Shown one piece after another: positions 10,201 through 17,661 of a stretch of 64,000 bases of DNA. The position numbers and the translations under genes were made by a program. Where the stretch lies: NCBI GenBank assembly GCA_030748735.1, contig JASMLK010000067.1:161-64160 (forward strand), in the 5' to 3' direction. This stretch comes from Myxococcota bacterium (lineage in GTDB: Bacteria; Myxococcota_A; UBA9160; UBA4427). The notes under the pieces were generated by a model. That model had not been told where the DNA came from. It saw only the letters and a program-made list of their open reading frames with translations, and ran no database searches. Each line of letters begins with the position of its first letter. Position 1 is the first letter of the stretch.

Positions 10201-10780
10201 TCTCACCTTCGCGGATCGTCTGCTCGAGCGAATTGAGTGTTTCTTCCCGCTCGGCCAGCGCCTCCTGCTTCAGCTGTGCCTTGCGAATCGCACCCGCTGC
10301 AGCGTCGACGTCCCTGCACTCCTTTTTCGCGAACCCGCGTCCGACCCTCTCGACGGCCTGGCTCCGCGCCTCTTCGAGGCTATAGCCTCCCGCCATCTGT
10401 AGCCGGATCTGCTTGGCGATCTCGCGGCCGCTCTCAGTCCCGGAGTCCATGAGGTCGCGCACGTCGAGGAGAAAACAGTCTTGGAGATGCCTCGCCGGTA
10501 GCGGCGGAGGCGCGCACTCCACGCCCTCTCGCTGCCAGACGTGGCGCGCACCGTCGCGCTGAACCGACCACGACTCTCCGTCGAGATCGATCCGCGCGTG
10601 GGCTGTCACGGCCGAACCGGACTCGTCGCTCCAGAGTAGGGCCCGGGTCGCGCGGCAGATGCTCGACTTCCCAATCGCGTTCGGGCCGACCACGACGTGC
10701 ACGCCATCGCCGAGCTTTTCGAGCGAGTAGGACGCATCGATTCCGGGGAGACGGACGATCTCCAGCCTGCGGAACTTCAT
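7292..10780 (-). CDS. SMC/Rad50/SbcC-like AAA ATPase (YhaN/SbcE-like) with central hydrophobic hairpin and C-terminal extension
   Basis: 1162 aa. Walker A GPNAIGKS (aa 32-39), long heptad-rich E/R/A/L stretches, two hydrophobic helices at aa 403-450, ABC signature LSGGE (aa 836-840) and Walker B LFLDEA (aa 864-869). Confidence 0.85.
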   Translation of the reverse strand: MKFRRLEIVRLPGIDASYSLEKLGDGVHVVVGPNAIGKSSICRATRALLWSDESGSAVTAHARIDLDGESWSVQRDGARHVWQREGVECAPPPLPARHLQDCFLLDVRDLMDSGTESGREIAKQIRLQMAGGYSLEEARSQAVERVGRGFAKKECRDVDAAAGAIRKAQLKQEALAEREETLNSLEQTIREGENARVRQAHVATALELVGLREQQKRLTAELDALPPACGKIVGLELDWLETAERKLEEANEKVAQHEGELRDARNRIVESRLEEPLEASELSAWRQRADSWAQLALRRETAYGVLAAEKKKLVNASRVVGGSEDAPPELALEDDEELYRYLREATEVEQGRAALEQRLRLLSGHDFSVEQKKQQQLGERAAEALRDWLRAPDTGGSEIRIGGLTRVAATVVGLVVAATGLALGIAFHPAFHGVTGAGLVWAISAWLLSSSDDRADAQQKAMDAFPPNVDAPASWTVASVNERLREIDQQIAESRASEMRARDRSIERAGIESDLETARTREQSVRDRGEELVARLRLDRVPAAAELVDTARALIALREARDAEAAAEGRCGALDLDFEAKREELGNWLVGLGEEDPQDPEAAKALVHEVEELSRLLVDSRKDESRASDDLESAREKMRSSEEAIAKIFRDADLEHGDRAGLSQLLGKVERYQELVNEVGGLQTSIGIGERKLSEAGESALANLDQSDLERESDRLASETAAADDARTESAEIAAEVKQASEAHTLEDLIASHDDALAMLADKRERGLEALAGDFLLDEVKTEHETKQLPAVLKRARDLFALFTHHEYELGIEPEVGGSFIAVSSRTGVGKQLNELSGGECAQLLLAVRIAFAEEAEGASPLPLFLDEALDQSDPARFDLIARSLGRISEQENRQIFYLTNDNVDVDRIREALQSEGCSPPAVIDLGLLRRGIAAVSSAEVLRIAPPPSVPDPTGLSPDEYGALIEVPTFDPRPAYLGQHLLYLLWDDLHVLKRLVASRIETVGQWRTLSRTEAPLAASLKDEAEAARQLDARSRLLEVFCESWSEGRGKPVDRTAIEESNAISERYLEAVATIAMELGYDGRRLIEVLQSREHPLLARFRPKAAEKLATYLEDEGYLDPRPVLDEQDLIARALASPAARELPEEVCNELLHLWWQLRAGKQ

Positions 10781-12123
10781 CGCTCCGCTCCCTCACCGCG
10801 CCTTGTCGGCTCGTGCTGGTCGAGCAGGGCGCTCAGGATCGACGAACCCGCAGCCTTTAGCGCGCGCGTGATCTCCTCATCGGCAAGGGGGTCAGCAGCA
10901 TCCCGCAGGTCTTGCAGTGGAGCGAAGTTCGACGCGTCCGCCAACGTCCGGAGCCTATCCCTCGTGCGGACAATCAGCGCATCGCGCTCCGCCCCCTCAG
11001 TCTCCAGGATCAAGAGCTTTCGGGCGAGCAAGCCAGGCGGGTCGTCTCCCTTGGCAAGCTCATGTAGATCGCGGGCAAGCTCGGTCGCATTGGTGATTTT
11101 GTTCACGACCGCCGTGGTCGCGCCGACGGTTCGGGTGATGTCACTCCAGCGCCGGCCCCCAACCCACGCATCGATCGCCGCGTAGGAGCGCGTGGTACCC
11201 GTCAAGCGTACCCGCAGCGCAAGCACGCTCGGCTCGACTCCTCGGGCGTGCAGCGCGCGAATGCGCTGATCGACGCTGGCGAGAACGGAGTCCCCCAGGT
11301 CCTCGGGCTGTTGATCCGGTTCGATGGCTAGGTCAATCGTCTCCCAGCGGAGCGGCGCGTTAGAGACGTGAGTGAGCGAGGTCTCACCCTCTGCCAGATC
11401 GACAAGCCAGGGACCCCGATCACCAACCTCTTTCGGATTAAGCCCGACAAGGGAGCCAAGGTAACCAGCGCGCAGGCCCGGGTTGTCGGAGCGTGTATCA
11501 CCCAGCGACGGCTTGTGGATGTGCCCGAGCAGCCATGTGTCGATTCCAGTTCGCGCGAGCTCACCCATGGTGACCGGCGCGTAGGGCCCGCCCGATGCAT
11601 CGAGATCGCAATGCATCACGCCGATCCGGGGTACACCCGGCTGCGCGGGAGGCAGCGACGAACCGGCAAAGTCGGCGACCGGACTCGAGGTGACCTGCCG
11701 CTGCGGAAACGACCAGCCCACCACCTCGCAAACCGACCGACCTTCGCGCTCGACCGCGACACACTCCCAACGACCACCCGCGCCGACAATTCGGAAGCCC
11801 GGGATCAACCGCGCAAGTCGCGGCAGTGCCTCGACATCGTGGTTGCCTACGACGCCGAGGACCGTGACACCCTCTGCAAGCAGCTTCAACACCGCCGCTT
11901 CGAGGTGCCGGAACGCCTCGTAGCGAGCGTTCGTGCTCTCGACTACGTCACCCGCAAAGACAACGGCGCTGACATCCTGCTCGGTGGCCAGCCGAACCGC
12001 CGCCTCCAGGCCCGCAGCAGGCGTCAGACGCTGCACGGCGATGCCCCGGTCGGCCGCGTCCTCCGCAACGCCGCTCGGCCGGGTGCCGAGGTGAACGTCG
12101 CCGATCGCAAGCAGCTTGGTCAT
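10777..12123 (-). CDS. Mre11/SbcD-like metallophosphoesterase nuclease (YhaO/SbcF-like)
   Basis: 448 aa with calcineurin-like motifs GDVHLG, FAGDVV, GNHD and GHIH. ATGA overlap with the downstream ATPase gene. Confidence 0.85.
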   Translation of the reverse strand: MTKLLAIGDVHLGTRPSGVAEDAADRGIAVQRLTPAAGLEAAVRLATEQDVSAVVFAGDVVESTNARYEAFRHLEAAVLKLLAEGVTVLGVVGNHDVEALPRLARLIPGFRIVGAGGRWECVAVEREGRSVCEVVGWSFPQRQVTSSPVADFAGSSLPPAQPGVPRIGVMHCDLDASGGPYAPVTMGELARTGIDTWLLGHIHKPSLGDTRSDNPGLRAGYLGSLVGLNPKEVGDRGPWLVDLAEGETSLTHVSNAPLRWETIDLAIEPDQQPEDLGDSVLASVDQRIRALHARGVEPSVLALRVRLTGTTRSYAAIDAWVGGRRWSDITRTVGATTAVVNKITNATELARDLHELAKGDDPPGLLARKLLILETEGAERDALIVRTRDRLRTLADASNFAPLQDLRDAADPLADEEITRALKAAGSSILSALLDQHEPTRRGEGAER

Positions 12124-12130
12124 GCGAGAA

Positions 12131-12254
12131 TCCTATCGGGAAAGTACGGGGAATTCCCTCTGAACCAGGCGAGTTTGGTTCTACCTAGAATGCGATTCGC
12201 CAATGATCCCGCGGATTCAGGCACAAATTCCTTGCGACCAGGAACAGGGAATTC
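12131..12254. promoter_or_regulatory. Inverted-repeat module, copy 2 (partial motif 1, then AATTCCTTG-N10-CAGGGAATT) immediately upstream of the nuclease gene
   Basis: cgggaaagtacggggaattccc lies 10-40 nt upstream of the ATG at 12123. The second motif is 83 bp away, the same spacing as in copies 1 and 3. Confidence 0.45.
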
Positions 12255-12694
12255 GCTCGGACAACCAAGAATTTCTCAGGACCGGGGCGCAGTTGCCCGT
12301 CTGGCCCCGAGCGCGCCCCGAACAAGATGCCGACCTGACTCTGGGAATTTCATCTACGCGCGAACTCCGTGTCGCGAGGTAGCCATCGCCGGACTTGACT
12401 TTTATCAACCTTCATCAACGCGACCGACATGACTGGGAGCAATTCGAAACACGAACGCGTTCCGCTCAGTCATCGGGCGAGACCTCTGAATTGCGTCGAG
12501 GACGACAGGTTTCTCTATCTAGTTTGGCACCCGAGGGTCGCATACGCTGCCGGGGAGCCGCAGTCAGATCCGGGATGGTGCCGCCGACCTAGAAAAGCGT
12601 TGCCGACCAATGACCAAGTTCCTGTCCAGCAAGGATTGCCGATGATCTCTGCAACCGGCAGTAGCGGCCCGAGATGCCCTCGCTCCGCAAGTCA

Positions 12695-12936
12695 CTTTCG
12701 CGCGAATGAAGAGCGAACTTCAACCGCCGGACTCGGCGTCGGAGAAAAGCGCAGACTATGCCGTCACTGGACGCCCGAAATCCCGGTCTCCGGTTCCGGT
12801 ACGCGACGGCGCAACCGCCAACACCCCGCGGAATCGCGGCCTTTTCTCGGCTCGTTCCCGAGCACACGCCGAAAGTCTCTGCATGTGGAGACTTGATGGC
12901 GGTGGGTGGAGTCTCTCGCGAACTCGTCTCTGCAGT
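12695..12936. repeat. Copy B of the 202-bp repeat family plus tRNA-like 3' end
   Basis: Exactly 202 bp from ctttcgcgcgaatgaag to the base before tggcgg, the same length as copies C and D. Followed by tggcggtgggtggagtctctcgcgaactc. Confidence 0.85.
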
Positions 12937-13090
12937 GATTCCCTGTTCCATGGGGAAAGTACAGGGAAGTTCTCCAATATCTCAGTGCCCGGCCAAGGTC
13001 ACGGGCGGAATTGCCGAGCCTTTCCGCAGCCGTAACGTCGAATTCCCTGCGATCCGGAACAGGGAATTCATTTCGGTGTTCAGGGAAATC
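12937..13090. promoter_or_regulatory. Inverted-repeat module, copy 3 (GATTCCCTG-N16-CAGGGAAgt, then perfect GAATTCCCTG-N10-CAGGGAATTC)
   Basis: Perfect 10-bp inverted repeat at 13040-13049 and 13060-13069. Motif-to-motif spacing is 83 bp. Confidence 0.45.
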
Positions 13091-13246
13091 CAGGCAAGTT
13101 GGACCCGCCTCCAAGCTGCGGTGATGAAGCCAGCCGTTCTCCTCGGCGCCCCGCAATCAGGTCTCGACTGCCGGACGAATATGGAGAACAGACAGCCTCC
13201 GAATCAAAATACATACACCAATGAATGAAAGTGCTAGCGTCGCCAC

Positions 13247-13849
13247 ATGAGGCGACGAACCCAGGCCGAGCGCACCGCGGCAACCCGAGATGCGCTGATC
13301 ACGGCCACGCTCGAACTGCTGGTCGAGAGTGGCTGGGCCGGGATCACATCGGTGGCGGTCTGCTCTCGCGCGGGCCTGACACGAGGAGCCTTCGTCCACC
13401 ACTTCGACGGCCTCCCGGCACTCTTCTCCGCGGCGCTCGATTCCCGCTACGCAGCCTTGTCGGCGAAAGCCGGTGGCGGCGGTCCCCGCCCTACCTCGGT
13501 CGCCGAACTCGTGACGCAAACCTGGGAGACGATGACCGCGCTGGACTTCAAGGTGGTGATCGAAGCCTGGCTCGCGGCGGCGAACGACCCGACGCTTGGT
13601 GCCGCGATCGGTCCCGTGATCGAGCGCTTCGCGAAGCTCGTTCACCCGGATCAACGCGCAGACCTGCTCGTCGACGACGCCGCGCAGTCCTTCTTCCTGA
13701 TGGCGCGCGAGACGATGCTCGGTCTCTCACTTGGACGCGCCACCAACCGAGGACGACCGCTCGAACACGAAGCGCGCGTCCTCGAGCAGCTCGTTCGTCT
13801 CGCTGACGAACACGATGCCCGAATCGGGCAACAGGAACCGGAGCCATGA
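13247..13849 (+). CDS. TetR-family transcriptional regulator
   Basis: 200 aa with HTH ITSVAVCSRAGLTRGAFVHHF. Stop overlaps the next gene (ATGA). Confidence 0.85.
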   Translation: MRRRTQAERTAATRDALITATLELLVESGWAGITSVAVCSRAGLTRGAFVHHFDGLPALFSAALDSRYAALSAKAGGGGPRPTSVAELVTQTWETMTALDFKVVIEAWLAAANDPTLGAAIGPVIERFAKLVHPDQRADLLVDDAAQSFFLMARETMLGLSLGRATNRGRPLEHEARVLEQLVRLADEHDARIGQQEPEP

Positions 13850-16068
13850 ACACCACGCACGAACCCACTTCGACCGGCACCCGCACCGGCTACTGCGTCT
13901 GCACGATCTGCGACATCGGCTGTCAGCTTCGCGCGGTGTCCGTCAACGGACAGCTCGAGAAGATCGTCGCGCACGACTCACCTGCGGTGAAGTCGAACGT
14001 CTGCTTCAAGGGCACGGCTGCGCCCCACATCCACAATCACGCCGATCGATTGCGCGTGCCGTTGAAGCGCAAGGGCGAGCGCGGAGAGGATCGCTGGGAA
14101 GAGATCTCCTACGAGCAGGCGATGGACGAGATCGCCGAGCGGCTTCGAAGCGTCGTCGCCGAGCACGGCCCCGAGGCGCTCGCGGTTTCGACTTCGGGCT
14201 GGAACACGCAGACGACCCACGGTTTCGACCGCCGCTTCATGAACCTGCTGGGCTCGCCGAACTGGATCTCGGGCGTGTCGCTCTGCGCGGGCAACACCGC
14301 GGCGGTCAACCGCCTCACCTATGGTTGGATGCCGTTTCCCGACATCGCGAACACCGACTGCGTCGTGCTCCTCGGCCACAACCCGCGCAAGCATTCGTGG
14401 ACCCCGATCTTCAACATGATCGAAGCGGCGCGCAAACGCGGCGCGAAGACGATCGTCGTCGATCCGCGCGTTTCCGAGCAGGCCGAACACGCAACGCTGC
14501 ACCTCCAGATTCGCGCCGGCACCGACGCGGCGCTGCTGCTGGGATGGACGAAGGTCATCATCGACGAAGGGCTCTACGACAAGGATTTCGTACGCGACTG
14601 GTGTATCGGCTTCGGCGAGTTGAGCGAACGCGTCGACGAGTATCCCCTCGAACGCGTCGCCGATATCACCGGGGTCGATCCCGAATCGATCGCCGAAGCC
14701 GCGCGTATCTACGCGACGGCGGATGGCGCCGTGATTCCCTGGACGCCCATCACCGACCAGCAGCTCGACTCGACCTCCGGGATCCGTCTCCAGTCCATCC
14801 TTCGCGCCATCACGGGAAACCTCGACGTCGTCGGCGGCGAGATGCTGAGCGGTCTCCATCCCGGTTGGCGAACCGAGGCCGAACTCCAACTCCACGATGC
14901 GATCTCGCCCGAGCAACGCGCCAAACAGCTCGGCTACGACAAACACCCCGTCTACACCTATCGCACGGCCGAGATGCTGAGACCGCACATGGAACGCGTT
15001 CATGGCCAACCCTGGATCGACCAGGTGATGGGCTGCCACATGGCGAATCCCACCGAGGTATTCCGGGCCATGGCCGACGGCGATCCCTATCCCGTCAAGG
15101 CGTTCATCACGCTCGGCAACAACACGCTGCTCTCCTACCCAAACCAACACCAGATCCACCGTGCGCTGTTGAATCAGGATCTGGTCGTCGCGCACGAGAT
15201 CTTCATGACCCCGACCGCGATGCTCGCCGACTACGTGCTCCCGGGTGATGTATTCAGCGAGCGCAACCACGTCGCCGATTCGTGGGCATGGGGAAACCGG
15301 CTGACGCTCTCCGAAGCCGTGGCGAATCCGCCCGAGCAGGCCAGTTCGACGTTCCAGTTCTGGACCGACCTCGCGCGGCGGATGGGTTTCGGCGAACACT
15401 TCGAATGGAACAGCATCGAAGAACTACTCGACCATCGACTCGAGCCGTCGAGTCGCAGCTTTGCCGATTTCAGGAAGACGACGGTGATGGACCTCCCCGT
15501 GCCGAAATACCGCAAGTACCGCAAGACGGGCTTCGCGACCCCGTCGGGCAAGGTCGAGCTTTCGTCGTCGCTACTCGCGGAGCTGGGATTCGACCCGCTT
15601 CCCTATCACCGTCCGGCTCCATCGCCGACCGACGAGTACCCCTACCTCGTCTTTTCCGGTGTGCGCGAAGACCCGTTCTTCCAGACGGGACAGCGCAACG
15701 TCGGTGTGCTGCGTCGACGCTCGCCGGCGCCGAGGTTCTTCGTTCATCCCGAAGACGGCGAGAGGGAAGGGTTCGTCGAAGACGATTGGGCGCGGCTCGA
15801 AACGCCGCACGGACACGTCTATGCGAGGGTGAGCCTTCAAGCCGGAATGCGGCGCGGGCATGTGCGCGTGCCGCACGGTTGGTGGTATCCGGAGACGCGC
15901 GGAAACGTCGAGCTGGCGGGTGCATTCGTCTCTTCCGACGCCGTGCTCACCGTCGACACCGATGACCTGCTCGATCACGAACAGGGGATCCCGCACTTCA
16001 AGGGGTACCCCGGACGTCTGGTTCCCTGCGATCCCCCCGCCGGCATGTCGGCGACGACTCTCGGGTGA
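13846..16068 (+). CDS. molybdopterin-dependent oxidoreductase (formate dehydrogenase / DMSO reductase superfamily catalytic subunit)
   Basis: 740 aa with an N-terminal CxxCxxxC...C 4Fe-4S motif (CTICDIGC...VCFKG) and MGD-family length and layout. No in-frame TGA. Confidence 0.85.
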   Translation: MNTTHEPTSTGTRTGYCVCTICDIGCQLRAVSVNGQLEKIVAHDSPAVKSNVCFKGTAAPHIHNHADRLRVPLKRKGERGEDRWEEISYEQAMDEIAERLRSVVAEHGPEALAVSTSGWNTQTTHGFDRRFMNLLGSPNWISGVSLCAGNTAAVNRLTYGWMPFPDIANTDCVVLLGHNPRKHSWTPIFNMIEAARKRGAKTIVVDPRVSEQAEHATLHLQIRAGTDAALLLGWTKVIIDEGLYDKDFVRDWCIGFGELSERVDEYPLERVADITGVDPESIAEAARIYATADGAVIPWTPITDQQLDSTSGIRLQSILRAITGNLDVVGGEMLSGLHPGWRTEAELQLHDAISPEQRAKQLGYDKHPVYTYRTAEMLRPHMERVHGQPWIDQVMGCHMANPTEVFRAMADGDPYPVKAFITLGNNTLLSYPNQHQIHRALLNQDLVVAHEIFMTPTAMLADYVLPGDVFSERNHVADSWAWGNRLTLSEAVANPPEQASSTFQFWTDLARRMGFGEHFEWNSIEELLDHRLEPSSRSFADFRKTTVMDLPVPKYRKYRKTGFATPSGKVELSSSLLAELGFDPLPYHRPAPSPTDEYPYLVFSGVREDPFFQTGQRNVGVLRRRSPAPRFFVHPEDGEREGFVEDDWARLETPHGHVYARVSLQAGMRRGHVRVPHGWWYPETRGNVELAGAFVSSDAVLTVDTDDLLDHEQGIPHFKGYPGRLVPCDPPAGMSATTLG

Positions 16069-16072
16069 TGCG

Positions 16073-16276
16073 ATGACGATGCGCAGCGAGCACGATCAGC
16101 GCATTCGCGAGTTCAAGACTGCGCTGCTCGGGCGGGTCGCGAGACTTGCGATGACGACCCGGAAAACCGGCCTCGACGGCCTCGTGAAGAGCCTGCTCGC
16201 CAAGCAGGCGGGCGACTCCACCGCTCCGGACCCCGACCTCGAGCATCCCGCCGACTGGGATCGACCGATCGACTGA
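16073..16276 (+). CDS. small hypothetical protein (67 aa)
   Basis: ATG 5 nt after the oxidoreductase stop. High GC3 is consistent with coding. No recognisable motif. Confidence 0.4.
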   Translation: MTMRSEHDQRIREFKTALLGRVARLAMTTRKTGLDGLVKSLLAKQAGDSTAPDPDLEHPADWDRPID

Positions 16277-16322
16277 AGAAGCGGCCCGGCTGGCGATCCG
16301 ATCCTTCTACGGCGGCAATTTC

Positions 16323-16334
16323 GTGCATATGCAC
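16323..16334. promoter_or_regulatory. perfect 12-bp palindrome GTGCATATGCAC, candidate MarR operator
   Basis: Read directly; ends 12 nt upstream of the MarR ATG. Confidence 0.35.
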
Positions 16335-16346
16335 TAGTGTGCCCAC

Positions 16347-16787
16347 ATGGATCGAGACTGCAGCGCGTTCAAGGTTCGACGGCTGTCCCGCCAGGTGACC
16401 CAGTTCTACGACCAGGCGCTGCGAAGCGAAGGCCTGAAGTCGACCCAGTTCCATCTACTCACCGTCATTGGTGACGAGGGGCCTCTCACGATCGGCCAAC
16501 TCGCCGAGCGCGTCGGAGCCGAGCGCACCTCTGTGACGCGAGCCGTCCAGGCCATCGAGACGAGCGGCCTTGTCGAGGTTGGACCGGGGCCCGATGGACG
16601 CTCGAAGTCTGTTCGCCTCACGCGCGCGGGGCGCGCATTGCTCGATCGCGTCGATCCCATCCGCGAAAAGCAGGAGGAGGCTTTCCGTCGCGCCCTCGCT
16701 GGCGTGACCTCGAAGCGCTTCATCGACGACCTGGTTCGCGCCGCCGACCGTCTGCAAGAACTGATCGAGCAAGGCGAAGAGCACTGA
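16347..16787 (+). CDS. MarR-family transcriptional regulator
   Basis: 146 aa with a winged-helix region LTIGQLAERVGAERTSVTRAVQAIETSGLV...DGRSKSVRLT. Confidence 0.85.
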   Translation: MDRDCSAFKVRRLSRQVTQFYDQALRSEGLKSTQFHLLTVIGDEGPLTIGQLAERVGAERTSVTRAVQAIETSGLVEVGPGPDGRSKSVRLTRAGRALLDRVDPIREKQEEAFRRALAGVTSKRFIDDLVRAADRLQELIEQGEEH

Positions 16788-16831
16788 TTTGGGCGGCGCC
16801 CGTTCGTGGTCGCCAACGAGGAGATCCCCCC

Positions 16832-17566
16832 ATGGCGATGAAACTACTGACCTCCCCGACCCCCAACGGCTGGAAGGTCACGATCATGGTCGAAGAGCTG
16901 CGCGAAGCGGGCTTCGAGCTGGCCGATCTCACCGTCACACCGATCGACATCATGAAGGGCGATCAGTTCACGGAAGCCTTCACGGCCGTGAATCCCAACC
17001 AGAAGATCCCGGCCCTCGTCGACGGCGACCGCCACGTGATCGAGAGCTGCGCGATCCTTCAATACCTCGGTGAGAAGTTTCCTTCTGCATTGCTTCCGGA
17101 AGGCGATGCACGCTGGGACGTACTGCCCTGGGTGTATTGGCAGGCCGCCAACGTGGGGCCGATCTTCGGCAACAAGCTCGCCTACACGCGTTACATCACC
17201 GACGTGCCCGACGAAGCGCGCGCCCATCCCCTCGAACGCTTTGGCAAGGAAGCGCGGCGTCTCGCCGGTGTGCTGGATCACAAGCTCGAAGGGCAGCCCT
17301 TCATCTGTGGCGACGATTTCACCATCGCCGACATCGCCACCTATCCGTGGTTGCGCGGGTGGAAGTGGAGCAAAGTCGACATCACCGATCGCCCGAACGT
17401 AATGGCGTGGATCGATCGCGTGCGCGCACGGCCCGGGGTCGGCCGCGGCCTCGCCTATGGCGTCCCCGAAGATGAGATCGACCGCTGGAGCAAAGACCGA
17501 CGCGAAGGCTACGCGAAGGGAGGCGCATCGATCGCTTCGAACGATCGCCTGCGCTCGGATCTCTGA
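16832..17566 (+). CDS. glutathione S-transferase family protein (Nu/YfcG-like)
   Basis: 244 aa with N-terminal thioredoxin-like TPNGWKV...NPNQKIPALVD...ESCAILQYL. Confidence 0.85.
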   Translation: MAMKLLTSPTPNGWKVTIMVEELREAGFELADLTVTPIDIMKGDQFTEAFTAVNPNQKIPALVDGDRHVIESCAILQYLGEKFPSALLPEGDARWDVLPWVYWQAANVGPIFGNKLAYTRYITDVPDEARAHPLERFGKEARRLAGVLDHKLEGQPFICGDDFTIADIATYPWLRGWKWSKVDITDRPNVMAWIDRVRARPGVGRGLAYGVPEDEIDRWSKDRREGYAKGGASIASNDRLRSDL

Positions 17567-17661
17567 ACGATCCTCCCCTGCGTGGCACACCTATGCACCG
17601 CGAGTCGACTCGAGTCGAACGAACACGGCTCGACGAGCACCCGCCCAAGGAGCCAAGACAC

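Noticed and set aside
12525-12542. Sigma-54-like TGGCAC...GC element
   Set aside because: The GG-to-GC spacing is two nt longer than the -24/-12 consensus and there is no TTGC.
12589-12951. 120-aa minus-strand ORF running through repeat copy B (and similar ORFs through copies A, C and D)
   Set aside because: The different repeat copies are open in different frames, substitutions between copies show no obvious third-position bias by eye, and the translations are low-complexity. The repeat is better treated as non-coding.
13978-15399. Long antisense or alternative-frame ORFs. Examples are 13978-15399(-), 3166-4293(-), 17509-18702(-), 33331-34731(-), 35952-37079(+), 45689-47182(+), 53584-54417(+) and 58532-60388(+).
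   Set aside because: They have Arg/Gly/Pro/Ala-rich low-complexity translations and no motifs. They lie opposite or out of frame to ORFs with clear family signatures. This is the typical shadow-ORF behaviour of GC-rich DNA.
13846-16068. Selenocysteine (TGA) recoding in the molybdopterin oxidoreductase, given the nearby selB
   Set aside because: The ORF is uninterrupted and carries Cys in the expected active-site stretch. No split ORF pair suggestive of a read-through TGA was seen anywhere in the window.
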